Source: Harriotta raleighana
Lineage: Eukaryota
Reading direction: 5' to 3'
DNA length: 64,000 bases
Assembly (NCBI GenBank): GCA_050575255.1
Contig: JBNZDD010013718.1
Span: 7,060,579 to 7,124,578, forward strand
Shown here: in pieces, positions 27,049 to 40,676 of the stretch
Layout: every line of letters starts with the position of its first letter
Position numbering within the stretch: the first letter of the stretch is position 1
Made by a program: the position numbers and the translations under genes
Notes under the pieces: generated by a model
Seen by the model: only the letters and a program-made list of their open reading frames with translations
Told to the model about the DNA's origin: nothing
Database searches by the model: none

Positions 27049-30000
27049 TAGATGGTTTTTGATCTCACACTGTTATTCAGAACATTATATTACCACAGTA
27101 TGAATAATTTCCCAGAAATACCCAGCGTCCACATAAATACAGTCAATTCACTTTACAGTATATTCTGTGAAGCACTTTGAGACACTTAGAAGACATGAAA
27201 AGTGCTATGTCAAATGCAAGGATTATTATTATTCTAAACTGCTGAACACAACTTGTCAAAGAGCATTGAATTGTGTCAATTTGTCTTAATTCCCTACATG
27301 GCCATCTCCTTCTGTAAATCAATTCAATAATGCAGGGAAAAGTTTCTAAAAATATACAATGTCAAGACCCTTACCTCAGAGATTGAAAACAAAATTCTCC
27401 TTGAATGCAAACTATGTGGAACATGGCAGTTTTGTATTCTGATAGGCTTTCAATATAGTCCGCTGATCAGTAAACTTAAACTTGGCTTTCCAACACCTGC
27501 TCTCAACAACATGATAAAACAGATTGTTTGGAACAGAAAAACATTCCTATCTGCAAATATATGTCAGTTGTGCTGGGATATCCACACTTCTCTCTCGCAT
27601 GCTTAGCTTTAGAACAGCTGCAAACTGAAAACACCAGAGCATGTTCTATATATAACTTTCTCGTTAATGGTAATGCTTCCAGTTCAGTCACTGAATTGAC
27701 AGTTATCTTTGAATATACAGCTAAGCAGATCGACTGCATTCCACATACAACCTAAACCTGCCTGGGGACCACACTTATTAATGAGGGATATCTTAATGAA
27801 CTTTCCTGAGTTCCTGTTGCAACATTAAAAGAGTGTCTATCAAGATTGGGTGAAGTTGCTTCCTTACGTATACTCTTCACATGGTATTATTTAGAGACTG
27901 CACCAAAACAACATATAAATCAAACTTTTAAAGATTCTGGTTTACGTGGAATTTACAGCACAAAAACAGGTCATTCAGCCCACCAAGTCCACACCAGCAT
28001 TTATACCTCATGAGTCTCCACCTGTTCCTTAATCCCTTTCATACCTTTCTATTCCCTTTGCCTAAATGTGTAGATCTGGATACAATGTATATAATGTAAG
28101 AAAGAATTACTCTTTTGTTAACTTTGAAAGTACTGTATCAGCAAAAGTCAGAGCTCTAAGCACATGTTGAATTATACATGGTTTCTTTGTTAAAATAGCA
28201 TCAGCATCCAGTGAAACCACAGCTTCAAAACAGGTTTGTTATATTAAAAACACAATGCAACCCACTAATACAGTACACGCTTTTGAAAGACACAGATCTT
28301 GAAAAGCTGTCTTAATTTTAATCTAAAAATCCTGCCATACAAACGCAGACTCAAAGATTTGTTTTGGTTTCCATGCACACACAACATGCATCTTTTCAGT
28401 GGCAGCAATGCTCTTAATCAAACACATCCTAGAATATTGAACTGAAGGTTCATACCTTTTGCTCACCACACATATTAGAGAACTGTACTATCAAATTCCC
28501 CACACTTTTATAGCCATTGGAACACACTTTCTATTACAGTGCCTGAGTGCTCTGGGATTGTAAACAATATTCTACATAATCAGGCTTCAATCCAAATACA
28601 TATTATGCAGCATTTTTTTCAGAGAAATGATAACTCAAAGGTAAATTTTTAAATTGCCAATATTAAACTACTAGTATTGCCCACAAATCACCTAGAAATG
28701 TGAAATGTATCATATATTGTGTGCCGCCATGTATAATATTCATTATGATTTGAAAATCATCATTTTATCTTGGGTTTATCTCCAATAAATGCCAATAGTA
28801 GAATAACACAACAAATGTAACGCGATCCTATCTGTATTCATACATGTTCACCATATTACCATTGGGTTTATAAGCTACTTCCCTCCCAATCACAGGCAAT
28901 TGTAGCATTCCTTCCATATCACCTAAAAATAAGCACTTACTAAAGTATTCACAATTAGACGCTTCAGGAACAGCGTTTAACCAGTATAATAGTTCCATGA
29001 CTCATCGATGATAAAAGCAACTGCGACAAAGATCTTTATTCACTAGATTCCATACAGATCTAAAGAAAACCTCTTGTCTTAACATGGTCATGTTTCAGCC
29101 ACCCGAAACCAAAAGTAAACCAAACAAGAATTTTAAGACTCGGCTGCTTCCTCTGAAGAGACAGCGTTGCATTCGGCTGATTTTATTTTTCAGAAAACGA
29201 AATACCACAGACAGTTGTCAAGACACATTCTTATTTGATAAATGTTTCAATAGTTAGGTCTGCAGTTTGCTGTCGTAATATTAAGTCACCAATTTCAAAG
29301 CATTTTGTACTTTAGACAGAAAGAGGTTTCTCACACGGATGAAACCCATGAATGTAGCAACAAAGCCACCACTTTGTGGTAGTCTCTTTCCTCCCACCAT
29401 TTGCGTATTGCAACAGTACTGAGGTCATTGTAGTTCACCTTTAGCACCTTTTTTGGACATTTGTCAATCAATCTGACATCAGGGTGTTTCCATAGTTTCA
29501 AATAGACGTCTTTGAGGGTATTAAAGTGAGGTAAATAAAGTAATTACCAACCCCTTGATACATTTAGGTAATTTATCTCTCTCCTCCCTCCACCCCAACC
29601 CTCACCCCAATGTTCCCCACCCCTCCCCACCCTATCCACACCACCCATCCATATAATAATAATAATCCTTACATTTGGTATAGTGCTTTTCACATCTTAT
29701 CGCACTTCACAGAATATACTGTAAAGTGAATTGACTGTATATTTGTGGACGAAATGTGGCAGCCAATTGTGCACAGCAATGTCCCACAAACAACCATGGA
29801 TTGAAATGACCAATTTTATCATTATGTTTTTTTTTTGTTTTATACACAAAACGCACACACACAATTTTCTTCTCTCCTATACTCCAGCTTTCAAGAGAGA
29901 AGAAGAAAAAACATCTGCAGGCAATCAGATGGAGTTTTTTTTTTAAAAAAGGCTTTGGCAACATCAAGCTGTGTGTGCATACAGCACAGTTTTGAGAATC

Positions 30001-30129
30001 CTCCAAGGGGTTCCAGAGATACCGCTCAAAGCAGATAGACAAAACATCAGTGCGGTCAAAGCAACTCTGTAGGAATGGGAGAAAAATGAATGGCTCTATC
30101 AGTGAAAATGTAGAGACAAAGATTGTGGT

Positions 30130-30287
30130 AACACACGAAAGAACAAATTTCAAGTCACGACTGATTTCAGGTTTCCAGACATGCGGCAATGACGGTAAAC
30201 NGACCAATCATTCCAAAACACACGAAAGAACAAATTTCAAGTCACGACTGATTTCAGGTTTCCAGACATGCGGCAATGACGGTAAAC
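30130..30287 (+). repeat. Exact 71-bp direct duplication flanking a single N
   Basis: 30130-30200 equals 30217-30287; N at 30201. Confidence 0.95.
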
Positions 30288-31192
30288 AGTACATTTGCAA
30301 TGGTCTCAATGAGGCATTACTGCAGGAAAATTCCATTCAATAGAAATCAAAGTCCTAAACATTTTGCAATACACCGCTGTATACTTCAACACTGTTGATG
30401 ACAAGTCACTACTGAAAAACTCTATGCCTCAGGTAGAACAGGCTGTGCAAAATAACACTAGATATTTATTTGCCTAAAACAAACATGGCCTTTAAAAGCT
30501 CCAGTTTTTAAAACCCTGAAACATTTTCTTAATAATTAAATTATACAGATGTTAGGATTGCACAGGAATCTGGAATGAATAATCAGTAGCAGCTTTGTTA
30601 TGGTAATAGCTCAAATTGGAAATTTATGCTCATTTTTCAAACCCTTCCATATAACATTAGACTGACCTGGAATGCTTTTTAAAAATGATACGGTCAGAAT
30701 TTCTCCAAACAATCAAGAGTTAAAGCCACAGAGAGGGGGGGTGGTTTTATATTCTGCAAGATCAAAAAGTCTGGTGTCAAATTTTAAATTAACAATGGGT
30801 GGGCAAAAAATAGCTTTTTAGGAATCCCAAGTCATAGCTTGACAACCGACCCACATCTGTTCTAAATTACAGTCAAACATTGTATTTTAATGAACTTCTG
30901 ATAAACTCATTTTGGTATCCACAGGATTTTTTTTCATTTGATTGTCATTTTAAATCTGATCAAATTTCTTACCGGGCATCTGAAACCCATTTTATAAAGA
31001 GGAGGCTCCTTAGATCAAAGGTTGAGCTCCAAAAGGGAACACAGTTCAGAATCCTTTTACGCCTTAAAAAAAAGATTAACTAGGTCAACCAGGCATGGAG
31101 TTGTAAACACTTATGTTCATCACAAGACCAACCAATAGATCCAAATTCAATCTAAATTAACCTTTCTGAAACTTTTGAAAGAGACTAACAAC

Positions 31193-31490
31193 GAGTCCTG
31201 TAGCTCGGTGGTTACAGCACTCACCTTACTGGTTCAATTCCAGGCAGGGCAGAATCTTGGGCAAGTTTCTTTACTCCACACATCTGATAATAATCCCCTC
31301 CACCGAAAAATAATAAATTGGTCATTTCAATCCACGACTGTTTGTGGGACACTGTTCTACTCAATTGGCTATCATGTTTTGCCCTCAAAAATATACAGTC
31401 AATTCACTTAACAGTATATTCTGTGAAGTGCTTTGAGATGGCTAGAAGATATGAAAAACACTATGTCAAAAGCATGGATTATTATTATTA
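31193..31490 (+). mobile_element. Near full-length SINE, short form
   Basis: GAGTCCTGTAGCTCGGTGG A box, GGTTCAATTCC B box, (ATT)n tail. Confidence 0.82.
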
Positions 31491-31922
31491 ATAAGGAAAG
31501 CACAGCTTCTATACCATGGAGGATGCAATGCACTCCTTTTTAACCTATTATTGTTTATTCAATTGTTGCAAGATGCGCTCTCCCTAAACACCATTCAGTG
31601 ATGGGTTACAGGTTGGCATTATATACAATTGAAGCAATGGAATATGCAAGGTTGGCCTGCCTGCCTGCCATCTCACTCAAGAAGTATGAATGGAGGCTAG
31701 TGGTGGGAGCTGGGGACAAATACAATATGATCTTACTGTTTATTTGATGGTGGCCTACATAGGGTATTTATTAAGTGGAAATTGAGGACTAAACAGAATT
31801 CTTCCCCCCACGACTGAGGAATTCCAGGCAGCAAGTGTGAACATGCAGCTAGCTGCCAGAATATATTGGCTACAAATGGAAGTGTAGTGTAAATTTACAA
31901 CATTCCTATCAGAAGCTCTCAC

Positions 31923-31999
31923 CTTCCCAGTTCTTCTCCAATTTCATAAAAATCCTCCACTTTCTGTTGCTTAAAGGTAGCCATGCCAGAGATCCTCAT
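31923..31999 (-). CDS. DAPK2: DAPK2 first coding exon (MRISG-MATFKQQKVEDFYEIGEELG-S); ATG at 31999 or in-frame ATG at 31984
   Basis: Manual translation matches the DAPK N-terminus FKQQKVEDFYxIGEELGS; donor AG|GTGAGA at 31922; phase 2. Missed by the ORF track. Confidence 0.93.
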
Positions 32000-32508
32000 T
32001 CAGATCATCAAACGAAAATGTTCGAGGGAAATCTTTCAAAATCCATTTCCAATATACCGCAACAGGCTTCTGTGTAGCAATTTTAAAATATATATACATA
32101 TAAAGCAAATATCACTGAACAATTAGAAGAAACATGTAAAAACAAATGCTAAATGAAACTACATTTAGTACTGTACTGTTCAAATCTCTACTTTCTGCAA
32201 AAGTAATACTAGTTCTTGTAAAGATAAATCAAACATCATCAATGGATACATTTAGTAAGTACAGTAGTAGTAACCTTTGAAAAACAGTATAATTTCATAA
32301 CTCAACAAAGAAGAAGATACTGTTAGTTGAAGAGAGGGAGCATTCGTAATCTGGTCTTCACTTTAGTAAGTGCAATATTCTACATGAAAATCTCACACAA
32401 GTGGGACCAGACATTTCATACAATGTTTGCAAAGTTATGAACTACCTGATATTTGGGCAATTATACGATTTACACAGATCATATTTATGCAACTTCTACT
32501 GCGCTTAC

Positions 32509-32547
32509 CTAACGTTACCTTGCAAGCTCCTTGCGCTGTTTGGCTGT
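32509..32547 (-). other. Candidate non-coding 5'UTR exon of DAPK2 with two tandem donors
   Basis: aatttccag| acceptor; donors CAAG|GTAACG (32519) and TTAG|GTAAGC (32509); candidate downstream acceptor tacacag| at 32069. Confidence 0.35.
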
Positions 32548-33061
32548 CTGGAAATTATGGAACAAAATAGAAGTTAATTCTTGGATAATGAAATGCATAA
32601 ATATTCTGTAACAGTTGCACGTAGTCAGACGTCTAGCCTGTGCAACTGGTCTTCTACATTGATAAGCAGTTTCTGTTCAGCTTCAAAGCAACTACAGTAT
32701 TGCTGTGCAATATAGTACAACTACAGCCCAACCAATCATTAGCTGGAAAATTGGTGTCGGGTTTCAGGAAGGTTGTCTCACAAAATTAGCTGGAGTATTG
32801 CACATAACTGACTTGAAGTCAACTTTTTAAATTTTAACCCTCAAGTTAGGAAAGCCGCTGAATCACTTTGAAGCTTCCAACAGAGCAGACACAAAAAAAT
32901 TATTCTCGTTTAATATTTAAAAAGTTCACAGGCTGATGGACAGAGCTCTGCATGTGTGTGTTTTTAGCCTGAATGTGCAGAGCTCTACACTTACACAACT
33001 GGAGAGCAGTGTAAGCGAATAATACCTTTCCAAAGATAGATTCATAACATTATGTTGATGA

Positions 33062-33280
33062 ACCCTCCCTCCCTTTCTCTCCTTTCTCTCCTCCCTTCCC
33101 TCCCTCTTTCCCCTTACCCTCTTTTCTCCCAATTTCTCCTTGATTTTAACCCTCCCACCTTTCCCTCCCTCTCCACCCTTAACCCCCTTTCTCCCCCTTT
33201 TCCTCCCTGACTTTATCCCACCCCCACCTATCCCTCCCTCTCCCCTGTTCACCCTCTTTTCCCCCTTTCTCCCCTAACCC
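33062..33280 (+). repeat. Polypyrimidine/C-rich low-complexity tract
   Basis: About 220 nt almost entirely C/T. Confidence 0.85.
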
Positions 33281-36200
33281 AACTTCCATGACTGTTTGTG
33301 GGACACTGCTGTGCATAATTTGGCTGCCGCGTTTCGCCCACAAATATACAGTCAATTCTCCTACTCTCCTTCCTCCTAGCCCAACCCCTTCCCAACTACT
33401 CGGGTCCCTACCTCACTGTTCAGCACCTTGGAACGTCCTCCCGACATGAAAGGCGCTATGTAAATGTAAGTTTTTGATTAATTGATCACTTCAGCAAATT
33501 GATAAATCTACTAATTTACAAAAGTGTGGGCTGGAGCCCTTTAGGAAGGAACACTGTTGCTGAAAATGTTGCTGAGCCATCATTGTCTAAAATTACTAAT
33601 ATTAAAAAAAAAGTGTGAAAGGCGCTATACAAATGTAATTTTGTTGTTGTATAATATTCCAATGTCTTCAGTGATTAAGCCCTCATAGGAAAACCATAAA
33701 GATTGTCTTTGCTTGTGGAGTCCTGTAGCAAGGATTATTATTATTATTCTACCAATAAACGTTTAACTACCGAACATACAAGTTTCTGGAGTAGATCTAT
33801 TCTATATGAACAAAGAACAAGAATTGTTAACCATTTTACAGGATACCTATTAAAAATGTAGATGTTTGTAAAGTTTTTTAAAAAAAACTATTGTATTGAT
33901 TGCGCAGTAGGTATTGATATTAACTGTTAAGCATAACTTCTTTTTAAAACACACCCTCACCAATCTACCACTATAAACTTAAAAATAGTTTACTGAAACA
34001 TCTTAATTAAGGTGACAAATGTGTCTGATCTGACCAGGAATTTTAATCTAGACTTTTCTACTGAAACAATTGGAAACTCTCCAAAACTCACCAATATACT
34101 GCATTTTCTTAAGGCAAGGATTCAAGTATTTTGTTTTTAAAAAAAAAAAAAGTACGTATTCCTGCGTAATTGCAAACATTTTCCTCAGCATTGTCAAGAA
34201 TTAAATGCAGAATAAGATACAGTAGTATGAAAACATTGCAATAGTGTAGCAATTTTGCTAACAAATAAATTCTATTCCACAACTAATTACATAGCCAATT
34301 TATACCAAAAGAAAATCAGTTCTGCGGATACCACATTGTTCCCACAGTGGAGTTCTTCCATCTGCTGAAAGTGCAATGACCTGACTTGAAGAGACAGCCT
34401 TCAATGGACCGAATGCCAATGTTGCAGCTTGTACTCTGATGGATTCACGCTAATGCAATGAAATCAAGGAGAGGAATTCCAGAGATGAAAAAAACTGCAA
34501 AGTAAAATACTGTAAATCCTTTTCACTATGTTCCCTCCTATGCACCTAGTTTTGTTCAGAATATCTATCCACCAAATGTGCACTGCTGCTATGCTACATA
34601 TATGATTTAATGCACATTTGGACACAGTATTGATGAGTCCCTGGGCTGCACACAAAGGGTGTCAAATTCTGACTTCCTGAATTAACGCAACCAACACTGC
34701 CTTGATTCACACAGTACTCTGCTGTCGACTGTGGTCAGTTGTTGGGCCATGTGGGACTCTTTTGTTCCTTAAACAAAATGTCCGACAGAAAAAAAAATCA
34801 TGCACAGTCAAACATTCAGGAACAGAAGTCCTTTGTACAGCTGGAAAAACATAATTCTGTTATAACACTCAGACCAGCACTGCATACTTGATGCTGTCCT
34901 GGATGATGTAAACTTCACCTTTTCAGTTAGCACCAATTACAAAAACTATAAACTGTGGGATTGAGATAAGGCCAATCATCTCACTGCCTCAAATGGACCC
35001 AATTCGGGACTAGGTCCAATATAAACACGATAAAGGGGAATTGTTGCAATTTTGCCAATGTTGTATTATCATAATAAAATGTTCCACTGCATCTCTGCCA
35101 CCAAACTCACTTGTAAGGATCGCCGCAGGATGAAACCCTCACACACGCGTTTGTCCTCCCGATGTGAAAGTTGCTTTACAGTATTGTAGCTATGGTATTT
35201 ACATCTTTCTATTCAGGTGTCCGTTTCATCTACTGTAACTTAGTTGCATTGACTGTTAATTCTGTGATGGTTTAGGTTTTTCTCCAATTCAGCTCCTTGG
35301 CACCCTTAGGAATTCCCTGTCTCTAAAGATGGCCTCTAATATTTAAATATGCCAACATTAGCTTGATCACCAGTCAGATAAATGTGTGCCGCTATATGAA
35401 ATACAAGGATTATTATTATCCCTTGACTGATGTTGGAGTATGCATTTTAGTATAAATTGTCAGCCTGACTAGAGTCTGTCCAACTCAGAAGCTGGTTACA
35501 GAGTCTTTAGCTACAGGGCCACGTGAAAGGGTGGTTTGTGGACTCGTTCAGAAGAGCTGTTCAGCCTGAGAAATAGAGTGGATTGCTAGGGTTGCTGTCA
35601 AGAGTCAAGTTACTAAGCACTGTATATTTTTGGGGTTACATTGCCTGCGTCTGCAAAATTAACATCCTTTACGAACCATAATTCATCTGGTGATCCCTGA
35701 GCTGCTACAAAAATAACTGGTATTCCACCTTCAAAAGAGACAAGCTCTTGATCCAGACTGTGGTGAAATTCAGAAGAGGATTTGGCACAAGTGTGTGTGA
35801 CCTTGCTAAACACGTACAACGAGTTGGCTACGTCAGTATACAAGTTAGTCTAGATCTGTTCGTGGGAGGTGAGATCTTAAACTGCGTTTATAAATAGTGC
35901 CCACAGCTTGCTATTTAGTCCAACAATGCCCCTTTAAAGGATAGATTTTTGAAGTGTAGCTGCCTCAGAACAACTACCTTCCTTCAACAGATATTCAGAA
36001 GAGCTGCTAAAAACAAATCTGACAAAATTACATTGGGGGCAGGGATCCTTCCCACTCATAAGTGAAAGCCCTTAATGGGTAGGGTGGTCCTAGCTGGACA
36101 AGTAGCGAGAACCTTGCCAGACAGTGTTTATAATGGTGAATTTCATTGGTTCAGCTAGTTAAACGCCAGCAGTCCCCAAATTCATATTTTAAGTCCTCAC

Positions 36201-36339
36201 GTTCATCATTTCAAAAACATTCCAACCTGTATCTAATACTTTCTGGGAGGATTAGATGAGGAGGGTTTACCTACCACAGAGTGTGTCCAAAAAGGAAAAT
36301 TTGCACACTGTTAAGTAATTTAGTTTGGATATTCCTAAC

Positions 36340-36560
36340 CACAACAACAAAATTCCGTTTGTAAAGCAACTTTCACATCGGGAGGACAAATGCATGTGTG
36401 AGGGTTTCGGCGGCCTGTGGAGGGAGGCCGTGGCGGAGTTTGGCAATATTGTGGAGGTTGGGGGGAAGGAAGAGCTGGTTACGGCATGGGACATGGGGGA
36501 GGAGAGAAAGGACAGTTAGGAGTCAAACAAGACGCCCAGGTTCCTGACTCACTTGGTGAA
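36340..36560 (-). mobile_element. L2-like LINE reverse-transcriptase fragment plus tail
   Basis: NLGVLFDS*LSF..HAVTSSSF remnant; (TTG)n tail. Confidence 0.55.
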
Positions 36561-36989
36561 GTGGAGTGTACATCTGTGGACACTGATGCTGCCAGTGCCT
36601 GAGGTGCATTGATAATAGGCTTAAGTGTGTGTCAAACACCCAGGTAACCAAAACAAGACAGTGCACTCAAGTGGGCCAGATGGCCTACACCTCATGCAAT
36701 TGTTTCCAGTGGAAAATGGAAATACAGTTGTGGACAATGGCAACATCACTGTGGGCACTGCTTGTCCCATTAACCAGCAAGTGGTTTCCTGCCAGCACCA
36801 AACAGTACAATAAAATGGTTTGGAAAAGGTAACACTCGATTAGACTCCCACAGCAAACGTTTCAAACAACACATGGAATTTACTACCAGAAACACCTTCC
36901 TTCACCTCTGGAATCTTTTGGAAACTCCAGAGTTGGTTACCTCTTAATGCCCGCATCTCACCACAACAACAGCTGCAACTGAAACCCCC

Positions 36990-37150
36990 AAACTATGCTC
37001 TCCTCACTGGCCTCCCTTGCTCCATCCATCGAGACTTGGCCGTTAATCCAATCCTCTGCTTTCGCCAAACATCAATGGCTTCCTGTGTCTCACTGGATCA
37101 GTTTCAGGGTTCTCAGCCTTACTTTCAAATGCTCCCAAAGCAAAGCTCCT
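36990..37150 (+). mobile_element. L2-like ORF2 fragment
   Basis: HQWLPVSHWISFRVLSLTFK resembles the L2 HWLPV..RI.FK motif. Confidence 0.55.
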
Positions 37151-39249
37151 CTGGGTCCTCTGGATTCCACGCCTTGTTCCCACCCCTTTGAAATATTTTC
37201 TTACTCTTACACTCCACTAACAGAGGCCAAGCCGTCAGCTCGGCACACCTCAATGTCTAGAGTTCCTTTCCCAAGCTATTAGGGTCTATCTCACGCCTGT
37301 TTTAAGTTAACTGCTGACTCGTTTCTTTAAATCAAACCTTTAGTCAACTGTAAATTTCTGTTGGCTCTTTGAGATATTCTTTTATGTAAGTTGTTATCCA
37401 ATATACTTTTAAATTCGGAATAATACAAGCCCCTCTTGCCACTGACACACCAGTAGATGTGTATATTTTGCCATCACTACAGCTAAAATTAGCTTCAGTT
37501 AGATCTATGTTTACAAAATAACCATGAGCCCATGACATTTATTTCAATACGTGCCTGCGTAACATGTTCCTGCCACAGACACATCCCATGATAGATTGGG
37601 GGAAACCTTTGTGCATGATGCTCTGTGCCAACATGTAAATCTTTTGTCAGAAAATTAATTCCTCAAAGAATACTCTTTAGGAAGAGATTCCCCTTGCCCT
37701 TCGTTTGCTATTGAGAGGCTGATATATGTATAATCTGTGGGCTGCCAAATGGAATCAAGACTTTAGCTCACCCAAAAGATGAACCTGGTTAGCCAGAAAC
37801 CATCAGCTTTGGGCATGATCACAGGGGAAAAGGGAGGTATAGGATTTGTTTTACATTGTCCTTAAAAGTGAGGACAATTAACATGATGCATACTTTCTTT
37901 TCTGGCATAGGATCAAAAATTTGAATGGAAAGAAAAAACATGCAATTATCCCTTCCATTAAAAAATTTACATAGACCCACACAACACACGTACATCCACA
38001 CACACACTCCTCCTCTCCTCTCTTTTTCTGCATCAAAGTTTATAAGGGCACAGAGGGGGGGAAATATCATAAAATCCATCTAACCATATCATTGTAAAGT
38101 TCTTAAAGGAATAAAGAATAGTAATAAAAGAATAAGAACTCCTGCTGAGCTTCAAACACAGCAACAACAAAAAGAGAAAATCCTTGAAAAAGAAAACAGA
38201 TGGATTAGACAAGACTGGGCTGGACTCAATCATTCTGCTCTCATGTTCTCCACCCAAACCCTTCTATCATTGACTCCCAATTCTTGTACTATTGCTCACA
38301 GGACTAAGTTGACGGGCTGACATTAAAAGATAAAGTACTTTTCAGCTCTTCAAGTTGGCGAGATACTGTTTTACGAAGCAAGTGTCACTCACCCCTTTCC
38401 TGACAAGTCTTGCTCTCAAGAAAATTGTGAAATCTACCTCCCAATAAACACACACACACACACACACACTTAAAAGTTTCAAACGTGTCCTGTGCAGTGA
38501 ATGTTAGACTATTAGACTAACATTAGACTATTAGAATATTAGACTAACAGTCTAATAAGTTTCCCAAAGCTCTATCCAGGTGACACGAGTTGGAATCGTA
38601 AATATTGCATTGTAATTACTTTTTAAACAAGTTACTACGTCGCTAAATACACAGACACACACACACACACAAGATAAAACATCACTGTGTTAAGTGAGTA
38701 GTTTCTGGGGCTGAGCTAACGCAAGGGAGGTGAACGAGTCGCTTTAACGTGGAACTCAAAGCCTCTCAGTCAAAGTGATCCCAATAAGGAACTAATCATT
38801 AACAGCTCAGGACTGGTAAACACACGTTTAAAAAAAAAGAGAGCGAGAGAGAGAGAGAGAGAGAAATGAAGAGCAATGTGTTTTAAGCATAATTCAAAGA
38901 AACAGATGCAGAACTGCTGTCAAAGAGCGTGTGTACAATACTCACTGTGCTGTGTGTGTGTCTGTCTGACTGACTGACTATAAGGCAGAGAGAGTCTGTA
39001 GCGCTATAATGGGGGAGGGATGACATATGAAAATATGCCCGTGAGCGCCGCCTTGTCATCTCTCCCACATTGCAAGTTGAAGAACTTTTAAGAACATAAG
39101 AAAAGGCTAGACGGATCAAAGGAATAACCCCCCACACTGAGCGTTTCACCCACAAAACATACGAGTCAACTCGCTTAACAGTGTGTGTCCTGAAGCGCTT
39201 TGAAACGTCTCCGAGACGAGATGCGACAAAATAAGAATCATCACGGTGG

Positions 39250-39541
39250 TAATAGCCCCTTGCATTTCACATCTTCTCGACGTCTCAAAGCGCTTCACAG
39301 AATGTACTGCAAAGTGAAGTGATTGTACGTTTCGTGGGTGAAACGCGGCTGCTAATTGCCTCTAGCAGTGTCCCCCCAAACACTCGTGGATTGAAGTGAC
39401 TAATTTATTATTGTTCTTTTTGGGGGGATTATTATCAGGCGGTGGAGAAAGGGAACTTGGCCAAGGTTTCGCACTGCTGGGAATCAAACCCAGGTCTCGC
39501 GCTTGCGAGTCGAGTGCTCAAACCACTGAGCTACTGGACTC
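39250..39541 (-). mobile_element. Full-length SINE, short form, nested in an oppositely oriented SINE 3' end (about 39135-39563)
   Basis: Same head, core and tail; plus-strand SINE body on the left and CAAATGCAAGGATTATT tail on the right. Confidence 0.8.
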
Positions 39542-40099
39542 CACAAATGCAAGGATTATTATCATTTTTCAGAGCCATCTCGTTCGCCTTCTACCTTCTT
39601 GGCGGTCACGTGAAATATGTCCCAAGCCACCTTTGTACTGCAGCCCATAATGCTATTTCCTGAAAGAAAATGATCCAATTGGTGTTTGAAGAAATCAATT
39701 TAATACAGTATAGCACAGGGCCTAAAAAGAGAATGATTTTCTCCACTTTCGGAATTTATTTCTATATGTAGATAGTGAGAGTGTTGCAGAGATGAAAAGA
39801 AGTAGCCGAGAGCAAAGTCCGACCCGAACCTTCTCTAGCAAAGCAAACTAGTCCAGTAAAATTAACTCAGCCACACGAGCTGTCTTTATTCAACGATCGA
39901 GTTTCAGAACTATTTCAGACGATGCAGAGATAGAACTTTCCACTGACACCACTGCAATAACAGTCTGCCTAAACTTCTCCTGCACACTTAGCAACCAGGA
40001 ATGAATGGGATTTACTTAGGAAGGAAAAGATGAAAGGACATGTGTGTATATATATATGTGTGTGAGAAACGCAAGGAGAGTACAGACCATAATACAAAT

Positions 40100-40660
40100 C
40101 ACAAGAGAGGTTTGGAATGAGGAAACCTCTTTTGGCCCATTTGATTTCATCCTCCCAGAATATCAACCCCATCATGTTCCTATTTATAACATTGCTTATT
40201 TTCTTAATTGAGTCCACCTACTGCCTTCAACCACTCTTCAAGTAACCCATTTCAGCTGTTGGTTATCTCTATGTAAAGCAGCACTTCCTAGAGATGTCCA
40301 AAACTCCCTTTCGCAATCATAAACCTCTGACCTATTATCTAGCCTTAGCTAAAAGTATTGTTTGGGGTTTCCTTTCTCTATCCTGTTATATATACCAATA
40401 TAAAGTAGCCCCCTGCTAAGGTTTGAGCCCTATCTAGAGCCCTATCGTATCCATTGTTTAAAGCCACAGCCTCTTAATATTTGAGATTGGCCACATTGCT
40501 CTTCTGAGCAGCTCTCGATGGTCTGGGAGACACCCTTATACTGCATGAGAATTGCACACAGCAAACCTAGTGTGATGTGACCAGAGCACTCAACAAGTTA
40601 ATAATGACATCTGGGATCTGATCTCAGTTGATTTGACTTTACAGTCAATGTGCGAATCCA
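40100..40660 (-). mobile_element. Decayed CR1-like RT fragment
   Basis: PDVIINLLSALVTSH*VCCVQF resembles CR1 LY.ALVRPHLEYCVQF. Confidence 0.45.
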
Positions 40661-40676
40661 GGCAAATTCACATATT

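Noticed and set aside
29707-30343. ORFs spanning the N
   Set aside because: Made of SINE sequence plus the duplicated gap flank.
32926-33252. Gly/Arg/Lys-rich ORF
   Set aside because: Translation of a purine-rich low-complexity tract.
35613-35843. 76-aa ORF with protein-like composition
   Set aside because: No recognisable family and no convincing splice sites linking it to either gene.
38503-38557. Repeated TTAGACTA motif with a local inversion
   Set aside because: Short slippage-type simple repeat; no further support.
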